A stretch of DNA of 64,000 nucleotides from Adineta vaga. Taxonomy: Eukaryota; Animalia; Rotifera. Below are positions 13,201-31,123 of this stretch, piece after piece. Within the stretch, counting starts at the first letter, position 1. Each line of letters opens with the position of its first letter. The translations under genes were made by a program, and so were the position numbers. Below the pieces are notes generated by a model. The model had not been told where the DNA came from. It worked only from the letters and a program-made list of their open reading frames with translations, and ran no database searches. The stretch covers positions 12,896,001 to 12,960,000 of the forward strand of contig CP075494.1 of the NCBI GenBank assembly GCA_021613535.1, written 5' to 3'.

Positions 13201-16200
13201 TGCAACATCAATCTAGAAAAGAAGACAATAATGAAACATTTGAATATTCTACAAATATTTGATTATCTTTACTAATTGTGAAACAGGATTAATATTTCGA
13301 AGAATACGTTCGGCATTCGTACTATCATCTCGACTTTCCATCACAGCTAAAAGTAATTTCGATGCATTATCCTGAAGAGAAAAAAATGAAGTTATCAATT
13401 TCAATGACTCAGCACATATCAAGCAAAATTACTTTTAATTCTAATACAAGATCATAATTCTTTTGATTTAATGGTGTTATATCATTTAATACAATAGCAA
13501 TAATGATATCGATTCCATTCGATTCATGATTAACAATTGCATCTTGATTGTCTCGACATGGTCCTTGACAATATTCAGTTAATGTATTCAAAGCTTGATT
13601 AATTAATTCAACATTATCTTCATTAATATAATTTCCCAATAGACCAAGTAGACCAGTTTGTGAACCACAGATAGCATCAAGAAATTTTAATGTCTCACAA
13701 ACGAGATTATAATTTGTTTTATTATTATCTTGTAATCGAAGATAATTCTAATAAAACGAAAAACAAAAATGAATTAATAGAGAAGAAGTATAACATGAGA
13801 TGAATACTTGGAATTCAGGATTATGATTTTCACAGAGTAATTGTAAAAATCGTAAGATTGGTTGCATTATACGTAATTCAAAAGCTAGTTTATGACGACG
13901 ATGTTGTAAACTAAATAAAAAAGAGTACAGTATGAATTTCTATGTAGTCTTCGCTGTTATCGAACGAAATAACTTTCGTTGAAGATCTTAGTATCGTTGC
14001 TCTGTACTATTGAATATATCTTACTGAGTATCGAAAGCATCCATTGATCCTGGTGTTGAATTTTTTGGTCGTTCGAATTGTAATGGAATGTCATCAGCAG
14101 TCAATGCAGTCTGCATTGCTTGTGATGAATCCATTTCCGCCATATCTACAAACGAAAAGAAATCGAAACAAATCATTTCCAAAATAGATCTTCTCATTAT
14201 ATGTACTTGTAACATCATCCGTTGGAGGTTCAAGTGAAACTTGTGATGGTACATCAATGGTAAAATTTTCATCGGCAGGTGGAATCAATGATGGTTGTGG
14301 ACCACTTGTTCCACTATTGAACATCAATGATGCATGACCAGATATTGGTGTAAAAATTAAATCATCAAAATCATCAATATCTTCATTGATTTCATTATTG
14401 GCCGACGACATACTTTTCAATGTTTTCTGTGCCACATACATTTTATCATAAAAGACTTGAAAGAATCTTTCCGATGCTGTTTCACATCCATGTAAACGAC
14501 GAAGTATACTTGTCTAAAAGAATCCTATGAAAAGAATATTGAAAAGCAAAACTTCTTACTTGAACTTCGGTATTACCACCTTCGAGTAATGCAATAGCTA
14601 AATGAATACTTTCTTCAAGAATATTCATTGATGATTGACTAATAAATAATTCCACGACAAGATCACTTGCACCTTGTTTATTTAATTCATTTTGTGTTAA
14701 TCGTAATCTTCCAAGAGCATCTTCTTCTAAATAAATACAAACAAAAGAAAGTTTTCTTTTCATGTCGATTATTTAAGATATTTCGCACAAAATCCATTTT
14801 TGCCGAAAAGTGGTAAAGATCTTTTAGTTTTGCATAGTTTTTATGGAATCATTCGATTATGGAAAGAAAATCGAGCAATAACGAGACTATGCCCATAGAC
14901 AGATTCGAACTCTTTCGAATTTATCCCACACAATTCAACTAAATTTTCATACCTTTCAAAGGTTGATGAAGTGATTTTAAATATTGTTTATCATCCGAAA
15001 AATATCGTCGAAGTAATTTCAATCGTAAACTTTGTCCCTAAAATATCGAAATAGAAGATTTGAGAATTTCCAAATCGAATTATTCATTACCATTGTATCA
15101 AATTCATGATTACTTTTTACCATCGATTTTAATGCATGCATGATTCGTAAACAGAGATTTTCATCAGTTTGTACAAGTAAATATTTTGCATGTTGTATAA
15201 ATCTAATTATTAAACATAAATGTCAATTTTAATTCGAATGAAATACTTCGTATTTACTTATAAATTAATGTTCCATAGAGAAGTTTTACTCGACATTCAT
15301 GACTTTCTGGAAATAATGCATAAGGGGCACGAATAACATCGACAAGTACACTCATTTCAGCTTGAATCAATGGATTAAGTCGAATACTAACTTCAGAAAG
15401 ATATTCCTATAGATAGAATGACAAATTAATCCAAAGATTTATGAATGAATGGTATTTATTATACCACAAAACGATCAATGACACGTTTATGTTCTAAATC
15501 GTCGGAATCATCGTAAACATCACCGAGATAATCGCTACTATGCCGTCGGTCAGATGTACTACGACTGGTACGTCGAGAACGGTTTATTGTTTCACTTATT
15601 GAACTATGACTTGAACGAAGAAAATGAAGAAGTCCTCGACGATCCGCTGAAATGAAAATAAAAACAAAAATCCGTATTAACAATTGATTAATAATCAATC
15701 TGAAATCTTTACCAATCAAGGCAATTATATGAATACATCGTTCAATACGTTCACGTTGAATTGTCGTTAACCATGGTACACTTAACAATCGTGTTAAATG
15801 ACTATGTAATGATACAATTGTTGTATTTCGATGCTAAACAAATAAACAAAAGTAGGATAAAGAATAAAAATCTTTCATTTGCTTTTATTCCCAACAAGAA
15901 ACACATAGATAGAAATAAATCACACATGCAAAGGAGAAGTACACGAGGATAATTCATTATATCACACACATTCCAATTACTTACATGAGTTGTACTGTTA
16001 TCTATAATCTGGAATAAGAGATCATATGAAATTTAAAACATGCATAAATATGTGATGGTTCTTTTTTTTCTGTTAGTGAAATTTCTAATCATTCAGCAAG
16101 AATAGTTTTTTTTCTCTCTCTAGATTTTGAATAAAGTACCTCCCAAGAAGCAATTATTGATGGTGCGATCTCAGTTGATCGACTATCATCAAGCATATAC

Positions 16201-19200
16201 TGATCCTATGAGTAGATGTTATTAATTAATTAGGATATTGTCAATTATGAAAAGAAATCAATTGAGTTTGATAGGAATATTATTGAGAATTATGGCTTAC
16301 TTGTGGAGCAGAGGATTGTTCGAAGAAGGGTGAATTGAAAAATTGATTGATTAAATCGAGTACAGTATCTAAGATGTATCTTTCTAAATATCGTTGTTCA
16401 GCGGGTTTTGTTATTAACTAAAAACACACAATGAAGATACAAGACCAAATAGATCATCTAAAATTGCTCTCACAATCAATAAATTTCTTACCTTTTCAAT
16501 ATCTGGACAAATTGATTTTTCAATTAATGTATAAATATGTTGACTGTTATAAATTTCTTTCATTTCAACTTCCGTATCAATATAGCAATGAGTCAAAAAG
16601 GTAATATATGCATTTTTAACCTGAAAACAAAAGCAAAACAAGTAAGTCCTTAGGAAAAGTTAATGAGCGAAATACAAACTTCAGAAACACAATCTGGATG
16701 TGTGACAATGAGAACAAGATCATCCAGACCAATTAATGAATGACATTTGATTTCAGTTGAAGCATTTTTTCCTTCAGTACACATGGCTAATAGATGAACG
16801 AGTTGTATATGATAATTCAATAATGAATTTGGATCTGTTCGTTCCGTGTCAGATTGCATACGTTCGACAAGATCAGTAAGATTTCCTTTTTCATAACACA
16901 TCAAAACTTCATCGGAAGTAACAAGCTAAAAGTAAATCAAATCAATTGTATTTATTGTGATGAATGCGAAATCGATTATTACCTCTGACATGACAATATC
17001 TTGACAATTTTTTATATATTGACCTTCAGCTTTCACAATAGTTTGAAGAAATTTGATATATATCACTTTTCGGCCATGTAATTCAACCAAATGAACGAAA
17101 TGTTGAACATGTTTTTCAGTTATTGTTTTACATAATTGAATATTATTGAGAAAGATATAACAACATGTTTCGACTTCTTGTTCCTACAATTAACGATTAA
17201 AACTTCACTCATCCGAAGAACGGAAGAATTTGAACAGTGCAATTTACCTCAGATAATTGTTGATAATCATTGAAATATAATTCATATAATTTCGCTTGAT
17301 TTGTTGGATTTTCATAACAAAAATATTGTAAAAGATTATGAGCTAATTTCATTATACTATTCATTCGTGTATCTTCTGCCTACAAACAAATCATTTCTAA
17401 AGTTTACCTTCAAATCATTTTTGTGTCTTACTTTATCGTAGGGAATTTTCAATAAATCTAATACAACTACATGTACGTCCATATTTCTTAATAAACGTTG
17501 TTCATTTTCTCGAGCATGTAATGTTCCATCATTATTTTCTACAACACATAATTTGATCATTCGACGAAGAATCTAAATCAATATCTTCGATCAATACATC
17601 ATCAATAGACGTTCATTTTCAATTGCTTCAAAAAGAAATCATAATCGATCTACACGCGCAAACTAATCAATTCTATTGATATAAAAATAAATTCCATGAA
17701 TTCATCTTTATAACAAGAGATTCCAATTATCTGGCAAATCATGCATGTCAAAAGACAAAAAATACGTAAGAAAAAGAATCGAGCATTCTAAGAGAATTGT
17801 AGCACATTAGATAAAGAAGCACTTAAACCCACAGTGATAAAACAATAGAGAAAAAGAAGTGCAGTACAAAAGAAACATGAGAGTTGAAACTTTCTAGATA
17901 TCAAAATCCCATTACCGTGTCAATGAATTTATGTATACACTGTGAAAGATGACATAGAGAGAGAAAAACAAAGAATTAGGTTAATAATATTCTGTTTACA
18001 TGTGAGTTTTAGACATGCAAAAAGTTTATTAATTGATATGATATTGTTGAAAATTTTTCAGGGAAATAAGAAGAAAGAGGAAGAGAAGCGATTAGATGAG
18101 CGCTACTGACCTGGAACATCGATGTATAGCGATATGCTGATTCTTCATTGATAATCGGACCGCCAGTATCGAATTCTGTATCAGTAAGACCAGATGAAGT
18201 AACCAGTTTCTTCAATCAAATAAATAAACGATCAAATATCAAAGATTATCCGTTGATTTCATTTCTATGAACAGGTCTGTTTTAGGATTAAACTCACGAT
18301 TAGCTTCTCTACATTCAACGAATTTGCCCCCCATCAGTATCGTCATAGAAAATTTCCGAGGTTTCAAATTGATCGAACGGATCAATATTTCGTTCGACAA
18401 TCAAATAGTTATTCAAAACACTTATCTTTTCAATCCAATCATACCTTGATTTCTAATTCATCGTCTTTTCGATCGTCCTGACCCTCAAGTCCATTTCCTG
18501 ATAACATTCCATCTTTTCCTTTTTTATAAACCCATAATTCTGATTTTTCAACAAATAATCTCAATTGATCTAAATCTTGTTTAATTTGTTTATAATTTTG
18601 AATATCGGTTTCACTAACAAGCAATTGAACTTGATTTAAATGTTGTAATGTTTCTTTTCGTTGATTAAAATGTCGAAAAAGTAAAGATAAAGCACGAGAT
18701 ACTAACGGTTGATAATCATGCATAACTAAATTTAATAAAACTCGAAGAAATGTTTTTCCTTTCGTGTCATCTAAGTCAAGATTTGGTTCATTAGAATCGA
18801 ATATACATTCAATATCAGTAGTTTGTAATAGACTTGGAATTGAATCTAAAGAAAATTCGATTAGAAAACAAAGATACATTGAATAAAAACGATTCTACCA
18901 GGATTATCAAATTTTTGTTTAAACATTGAAATTAATCGAGATATACGAAAATCAAGACGAATATCGAGAATAAATTCCAAAATAGCAATTACATTCATTT
19001 TAGTTTCATATGCTAAATCATCGAGTACATCGAATTGTTGTTCTGCACTAACATCTGGAGCTGAATATAAATTTGAGGCAATTACAGGTTCATATTTTAT
19101 TGATTTCGATGTCGATACAACAATTGGAGAAACTAAATAATGATCATTGATAAATTATGTAAGATCGAGAATTTAACAAACCTGGTTCAGATTGTCGTTT

Positions 19201-22200
19201 GGAATTATTTGTAGCTAATACTTTACTTGTATCAAGAATGCCGAGTAGTGTTTGAGTTAGTTTAAGTAAATCTTCGAAACTATAGAATCCAAAGAAGATT
19301 AAACGACGAGCTAAATTAACAACCTAGAAAATAAAAAATAAGATAAAGAAGATTTATCTTTGAAAAAGAGAGTCATACTTCATGAGTGAGTTTATTTTGT
19401 TCACCATCTGCGAATGAATTCGGTTGTTGAACAACAGTTTTTAGATAATCTTCTACAAATTTCATAGTTGATTCAAATTTAATACGATTTTCTTGTTTTT
19501 CAGATGGTTCAAGTGATCCACTGATAGTTTGATCATATCTAGAAAAGAGAATTGCTTTAGTTTCAAGAAAATCATATGTTTTGCTTTTATAAATTGTATA
19601 TTTACTCATTGAGTGAAATCGATGGTTTAACTTGATTCCATAATCGAGCATATTTAATACGTGTAACTTCTTCTTGTGGATCCCGATTAACATGAATATG
19701 AATCATTAGACGACAAAATGCTGCACGTAGATCCGACGGAAGATTTTCACTTTTTATACATCTAAATTAATGAAAAAAGACAAACACTTCAATATACATC
19801 TTAATCGAAATAGAAATTTACGTTAGAATAAGATCAATGGGTAATTCAGTAGATAGATTATCAATAGCGAGATATTGTCGATCGAAACACATATGAGAGA
19901 ATAGATTAAGTTGATATCTATAGAATACAATCCAAAAATAAGAAAAGTTTGAACGAAATTCAATGATTACCTATAATATTCTAAAATATTCTTAAATTCT
20001 TCACGTTTTTTATGTCCAGGTTGATCTCGAATAATTCCAGCCATATATTCAATTGATTCAGATTTTTCATCCCATGTTAATACAACTTCATGGAACATAT
20101 TCTGATGTGAGAAACCAGTTGGCGGACTAATATTATCATCCAAAATTGTATCTTCAATACATGCTTTTAATTCAAGTCTATATTACAAATCAAAATATTC
20201 ATATATGAATGAAAATGAAATCAAATAACAAACTTCGTTCGAATTAGAATATCCGAATTTTTCTCTAAGACCGATTTACAGATCATTTCTTGTGTTCGAG
20301 CAATAGCTTGATTACTTGATACACATAGATCGGATAAATATTCGAGAAATCTTTAACAGAAAAAAAAACATTTATAATATTGAATAATAAAAACGAAAAA
20401 GAAAGAAATCTTACTTGCAATCTCGTTTTTCTCTTAATAATGTTACGAATGTGTCAATTTCTTTTTCTGTGATATGTTTTTCTAATAATTTCTTATTGTT
20501 ATGTAATAATGCAGTGATCGTATCTTCAGCGAGAATATCATAACCAATTTGAGATTGCATAAAAGAGAATTCTTTGGCAATTGTTTCCTGGACAGAGAGG
20601 AGAAAAAGAGAAAACGTTCAATCCATAAGATCACTAAGAAATTTCCTACTTGATTTTTTCGATATTCTTGTTGACAATGTTTAAGTATTCGATAACAAAG
20701 ACGACAAATTGTTTTCATTTGATATGTTGTAGTTGAATAACGTATATCAGCATCTTGTTGTTGTTGTTGAGATGAAACATAATGATCATTACTCGTTGAT
20801 ATAGGTGAATTATTTGAATAAAGATCAGAACCTTTCGAAGAATTAGTATTGAATCGTTCGAGTTCTAAACGTGGTTTTAGTACTCGAAGAACACGAAATA
20901 ACTGAAGTAAACAGACGGATGAAATTCAAATAGAGGAAAAGAAAGAAAATTTACTTGTTTAAGAATATTTTGTTCACGAATTAGTTTTTGTCTTTCACGA
21001 TTCGGTTTTAAGACTTGTACATCAAATGGATCACTACCATTATTTTCTTGACAAGCAAGAAAATAGACAATATCAGTTAATAGTAATATCACTTGTCTAA
21101 AAGAAGATAAAAACCAATCATTTGTATACAAACTATTTGAAATATAAAACTTACTTTCTTTCATTAGCGTGTACATTCATAATTCCAATTTTTTCCCATT
21201 TAGATACTGTTATATCAAAATGCTGTGCAGCATCATTAGCAAAATCCAAATCTCGAACTTCATCCGGCGAAACATGTACTATTTGAAAAGCTTCTTTATC
21301 TTCTTTTAATAAGGCACAACCAATTTTAAATCGTACATTATCATCATCAGGATCTAATTTAATGCTTGTTGAATGAACCCATGTATTCGTACTTATATGT
21401 TGTAAACGTACATATGAACCCCAAGGAACTGGATCTTCATTCCGTGTTATTGTTGTTGGATCGAATTCGAATAGAGATGATATATCATAACCATGTGGAA
21501 TAGGGACAAGTGCAAAGACAGGTGTACTTGATGTGCCACGTAGTTTTTGTCGTGTAGCATCAAATGTTTGATCGAGATCAACTTCAGCAGCAAGATATTG
21601 TCCTGTCGCGAGATGTTTAAAACGAAATAATGAACTCCAATGACCAACACCACCACGACATGGATCCTGTTGAACAACTTCGATTTCCCACAAAGCATTC
21701 GATGAAGTAGCTGATGTTGCTGATGCACGTCCAGTCGCACGTAGAAAAACGACACTTTTCTTTCGATAATTATCACAGGTTAAAAATTTCTCCTGTTCAG
21801 CATGAAATAAACGAACAATATCTCCCTAAAAAACGATCATTAAAGTCATTTGCAAATAAATCAATTTTGTTTTCGTACACTTTTCAAAACTTCATTTGTT
21901 GCTTCATAACATGACACGAATAAAACAATTTTCCAACTCGTTTGAATATGTGAATTCACCTATGAGATGAAAATAGAAAATCAAGTTAAACAATTGATAA
22001 GATTACAAATTCTCATACGTTATATCATGCAGGGTAAAAGATAGAAATTCATGTTATTCTGTCTAGGTTATAAACTGATTATTTACTTTCTAAATAGATC
22101 TTTAACCGATGTATTTAGAAATAAACAAGACCAAACAAAAGCATTTTATTGTTATGCATACGATGAAGAAAACAAAAACAATATATGTATGTATTTTCAG

Positions 22201-23303
22201 GATAGGAAAGCTATGGATATACATCAAACATACGAGATTAAATGAATAACAATTGATCTAAACAATAGACAAATCAATCGATTACGTACACATGCATAAG
22301 GGTATTCACTGCAAACGAAAGAAAAAAAAGCAGATATTTTCATTCTTTTTTTCTATATTGGTAAACACGGTCAAATGAATACCGTATGAAGATGAAGATT
22401 AATTAAACTGCAACACTAGAAGAGAATGATTCTAGCATCTTTTTTTTCTTCTCTTCGAATGATGATTATTTTCTTTTTCAGTATAAAAATAAATTCTCTA
22501 CATACTTCTTTTGATCCCGGATGATCTGGTAATTCTAATTCACTAACATGTAAGGGTTGTCCACCACTGTATGGCATTAACACAACTTTATCGCCAACTA
22601 CAACCTAAATACAATCTCTGTTTTGTCGCTTTTTTATAATAAGTATTTAACCAGATAACATACACGTTCGCCTTTCGCTCTTAGTTTGTAATACGGTTCG
22701 ATTTGAAACCATGAACCTTCTGTTCCACTTACATCCAATGATACACGCATCGCATTTTTTTCCAAAAAGGCCGGCAATCGTTTATTAACAGTGATATATT
22801 TATTACTTTTAATATGAAGTAATTGAACGATTGTGTCCCCATATTTTATAATTGTACCCGTTTGTTTTCGACTTTCTTCTTCATTTTGACGTTTTTCTGT
22901 ATCGGCAGCAATTTGTAATTTTTTTAAATCTCGAGCTGTATTCGGACTTTTTAATGCATTCCAATATTGAGTTTGCGCACTATATCGATGACTTGGACAT
23001 ATACGAAATAGACAATCTTTTATAAAAAAAAAAAAAATAAAATGAAATCTTTCTTTAATTTCGCGAATTTCTCACCTCGATATTTCTTTGGCGGTTTTTG
23101 AAGGTCACCAGCATCAGGCTGGACAACACAACGATCATCAACAAGACTAAATATATTGAATATGTATATAACATACAGTAATGTACAAAAAAAGCAAATA
23201 TTTCATACCCAAGTGTACTTATAAATCCACATACGGTTCCTTCAGCATATAGAGCAATTGTATCTCCAATTTTTAGGAAACTTGATGTTAAATTTGATTC
23301 CAT
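10294..23303 (-). CDS. ITPR: Inositol 1,4,5-trisphosphate receptor, multi-exon, with alternative exons
   Basis: N-terminal SSFL.IGD.I.LYAEG...GFISTLG; IP3-binding motifs [27 protein letters not shown]; EYCQGPC..NQ; filter GGGIGD; [16 protein letters not shown]; CFICG; HNMW.Y; TGPESYV. Confidence 0.97.
11426..11657 (-). other. ITPR: ITPR mutually exclusive exon B (232 nt, phase 0 in / phase 1 out)
   Basis: ttccag|[51 protein letters not shown]...LT|gtatgc; homologous to exon A. Confidence 0.82.
11780..12014 (-). other. ITPR: ITPR mutually exclusive exon A (235 nt, phase 0 in / phase 1 out)
   Basis: tcttag|[51 protein letters not shown]...FS|gtaag. Confidence 0.88.
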
Positions 23304-23658
23304 GATTCTATGTAAATTGACGTCTATTTGTTTATCTATGATAGAAGAAAGAAATCAAATAATTTTCTTTTTATCATAAACACAAAAGATCGTTCTGTTC
23401 TATTTCCTTTTGGCATCGTTATTGATAACAAGAAAAATGATTGATTAACAACTCGTATCATAGTAATAACAATAAAAAGAAAGTTTTTTTTTATCTCAAC
23501 AGAATAGCGATTAATTTATGTGATATATATTTGACGTGTCTATTCAACATTCAAGTATATCATCATAATAAAAACAAAATCGATTATAATCGAATGACAT
23601 TAGTTAGCCTTCTCACGTTTATTTTCTATTCGTTAATAGAACAAATAATAACATCAAA

Positions 23659-23662
<4 letters not shown>

Positions 23663-23698
<36 letters not shown>
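23663..23698. repeat. (CT)n microsatellite upstream of the ITPR CDS
   Basis: About 17 consecutive CT/TC units. Confidence 0.9.
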
Positions 23699-23700
<2 letters not shown>

Positions 23701-24870
23701 GCATATATATTCGATAGTCTATCGATTAATGCTAAACGTAATTACTATCTCGAGATCACACGCTGATGATATCAAGATGAATTTCTTTAAGTAAGAAGAA
23801 CAAAATAGGATGGTTTTACTAAAATTCCAGAAGGCTCATTTGTTATCTTTGTACAAGCTGAAGAGGTTTCTGATATGTAATATGCTACATATGTTTATAA
23901 TCAAGTAGTATTTAGACATATACTCGCATAAGAAGAAATGACCTGCTGAGTAGAGATGATGTCTATTCATTTGGTATAGAAAGAAGAAAAAGAAAACATC
24001 ATCGAAAGGCAATGATCTTTTGTTTTTGATCGATAACATCACAGATGTTTTTCTTCTGATTGACTATACCTTCAATAATCGTATCATATATGAATTAATT
24101 GATAGTTGTCATTGGAATATATGTAATGGAAATCAATGGAATGAAAAAATAAATGATGAAAATCTGAAATTATATATATATATATATATATATGTATAGT
24201 ATTGATTAATGAAATATTATTCAGCATTGTGTAATTGAAGCAAAAAAGAGAGAAAGAGAGCAAAGCATTGAATTTGTAATTTAAAACTGTCGTCAACAAG
24301 AGTTTTGTTTTTATTTCCTTCTTCTAATCATTGTGTCGATTGACAGATGGAAAGTTTCTTTTTTCTTCTTTTCAAGTGTCTATAGGGAAAAGTTGTCACC
24401 TGACTTTTCCCTTTTTTTTTGTTGAAAATAACAAATTTATACCAATCTGTTATATTTTGTTTGTGCCATTTACATTTTTTTTTCTGCCAGATTTGTTTGC
24501 CTCCAGACATCATGCACTTAACAATCGGTTGTACGTCTTTTTTTCGGTAGGATAAATAAACTTGGCTTCGATGATGTTCTACTACATATAAATGGTACAT
24601 TTCAAGTTGTTAATGTATTGAAATATATATTCATTCAGCACTTTTTTTTTGTTATGCATACAGATTCATGAAAATATAATCAAAAGAATTTCTTTCTCAC
24701 GTATATATATATAAACATATCTGAATATATTGAAGCATTAGTATTATATGCAAAATTATATATATATACATACATACAGGTATACAAATAAAGTAACACA
24801 AATAAGAGAGAAAAAAAATAAACAAATACAAGAAAAAAATATCTGACGTAAAGATTACGAATTTTTCTTT

Positions 24871-26355
24871 TCAATAGATAAATAAACGATTTGAGCGTGT
24901 ATATTTCTTGAAAAACTGACGACCATCATCAGTCGGTGCCGAAAAAGCCAGATCAGCACGTTTAATAACAATACCAAAGAAAAAATTTGTACTAAGAAAA
25001 ACAAAAGACTATCAATCAATTGAATTTTTAGTAGTAATTTGAAGATTAATATAACTCAATATAGATTTTAAAAAAAACGAATTTCAGAAAGCTTGATTAG
25101 AAAGATCGATGCAAACAAGCAAGAAGGACTATATTTACCGAACACAATCGAGTAATTTGGTTGCAATACGGGCTCGACGATGATCTGGATGTACCCATAT
25201 ACGAGCAATTCCACAAAGCATTTTATCGATTTCAGTTTGAGTATCAATATTTGATTCATTCGTTAAATCAAGAACATGAACCTTAAATAAATAAGATACA
25301 AAAAATATGAAAAGAAATAATGATTTACTCGATGCACTATATGAGCAAGACAATAACCAAGAACAATATCAGTACAATCTTCGATATAAAAATAAGCCTA
25401 AAGAGACAGGAAATGAAGTTTGTTTTTTTCTTCAAAAGTATATTTCTATTACTTTTGTTTCACTCCATAAACAATTAAACGGTGTAGTAATTCCTAATTC
25501 ATTATCAACTAATTCTCTAACATGTTCAGCTTTTTTCTGTTCAGTTGACGGTGATGTAGAGCCAATCATATAAATACTTCCATCAAGAAATTGTTGTAAC
25601 ACATGTTGATGTTTGAGATTCTTTACAAAGAACGTCATTGTTTTTATTTAAAGTACCATTAGAAACGCACTTACTCGTAATCGTATTGCTGAAGTTGTAT
25701 AATTATGATATTTTGCATGAGCAGCTTTATCTTCAACTGAATGAGGAAAATATGCCATACCACAACGTTTGCAAATGATTGCATCGAGCATTTTTTGTCC
25801 AGCATCCTATTGAATGAGTGTTAGAACGAGAAGAATATTAGTTATGATAGTACATACAATCAGTGTTTGTTTAAGTTTTGGTTCATCATCATTGTAAATT
25901 TTTCGTGGTTGCTACAAAAGGAACAAAAAGAAAATGATCAATAATTTCAATGAGATATTTACATTTCGAAGTCGTTGTTTATACGCTTTGGTTTCTTCAT
26001 CATCTTCTTCTTCATCTTCTTGTATAAGTGTTTTTTTTGTTAATTTGGTTCTTCTTTGTTGTCGTTTTTTCATCTTTTCCGGTGTTCCTGATATCGTCAT
26101 TGTTGTTTCATTATGCCATGGTGGAGTAACATTTTCTTCATCACTTCCACTGTCACCAGTAAGATCTGTCGTACTTAAATCTACTGAAAGAAAGTTCAAT
26201 ATTCTTCTCTTGTTTGATTACAACACTTACTTACTTGATTTCGTATTGGGTTCTACAACTGTAGTTAACTCATGTCCATTATTAGCGTTTGTGAAATATT
26301 TTCGTAATTGAGTTTGATGTAAAAGTTTTGATGTTGAAGGTGATGAAGCATCCAT
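24871..26355 (-). CDS. ESCO: Cohesin acetyltransferase ESCO/Eco1 family, multi-exon
   Basis: N-terminal PIP-like QTQLRKYF; QTLI|DAGQK; zinc finger CKRCGMAY....ED...H.KYH; VRELVDNELG; CGIARIWV....RR.RIATKLLDCVR; AFSAPTDDG. Confidence 0.92.
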
Positions 26356-26538
26356 GTTAATAGATGTTTAAATCTAGAAAAAAAGCCATAGTAGTGGATT
26401 TTGTTTCTTTCGATAAGGTCAAGACGAAGAAGTCATCGGTGAGGGGAACTATAATATCAATAACTATATATTTTAATGTTTACGGAAACACACAAAACAT
26501 TTATAAAAAGAAAGATTATGTTCTTGTTTGTTGAAGGA

Positions 26539-30230
<3,692 letters not shown>

Positions 30231-30892
30231 TGTTGTTTCTATAAAAAAAGAGATGAGACGAAATAAATGAAGAGAGAGATTCAGAATAACAAACAAACAT
30301 CGATACTGAATAGAGGTCACTAGCATCGTTTACAATTCATTATGGACAAAAAGAATATGATTTAATTCAATTTTGAAAACTAACCAAAAATTTGCATTAA
30401 AAATTTTATTTAATTATCCAGCATATTGAAATTCTATTGGTCAATGGAGAAATACCAATGAAACATTTTCTTGGATTCACGTTCCGTTTTGGCAGATTTT
30501 AAAAAATAAGTTTTTGCCATCTTTTGATTTTTAAATTAATTAAATATTTATTAGTAAAAACAACAAAATGAACATTAATTTTGAAGTGTTAACTAAATTA
30601 GTTTTTCTATATTTTAAGTAAATAGAATTGTGGGAGATATGACTTTTTATTTAGATTGTATTGCCAACCATTCAGGATTTTTCAATTTAAGATTTGTATG
30701 AAAACGATTCTATATTGAGTGATAATGCATGTTTGAGAATACAAAAGAAGTTTACTTATATCATAAAAATAAATCTTCGGCAAAGTACAATTTTCTATGA
30801 CGAATGCTTTATAGTTAAATAGAGCTTATCAATGAAAAGAACGACATATATAATAGCATCAATAAAATTTGTTTTTTCATTTTTATTTACCT

Positions 30893-30924
<32 letters not shown>

Positions 30925-31123
30925 GTTTGTTTTATATGAAGAGAATCTTAGATTCACTATTCATCATCATCATTTTTCAACACAGATAAGAATGAGTGAA
31001 GATGCATGCACCTGTTTCTTGTCTCGTTGTTTTATTTATCTTTTATTATAGATGTCCGGTGTGAAATAAAACTATTTGAAGTTATATTTTGTTTTCATCA
31101 AACATTCCAATCGTATATTATCA

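Noticed and set aside
18111-18209. Isolated 99-nt ITPR exon as an alternative exon
   Set aside because: Its end (AYRYTSMFQ|ILRRM) aligns with a conserved ITPR helix, so it is probably constitutive
21960-22505. Extra exons in the long ITPR intron after DHPGSKE
   Set aside because: Candidate acceptors give an immediate stop or unconvincing peptides; flanking exons already join in frame
30231-30330. Iron-responsive element in the ACO2 5' region, as in mammals
   Set aside because: No CAGUGN loop with a C-bulged stem found on the sense strand
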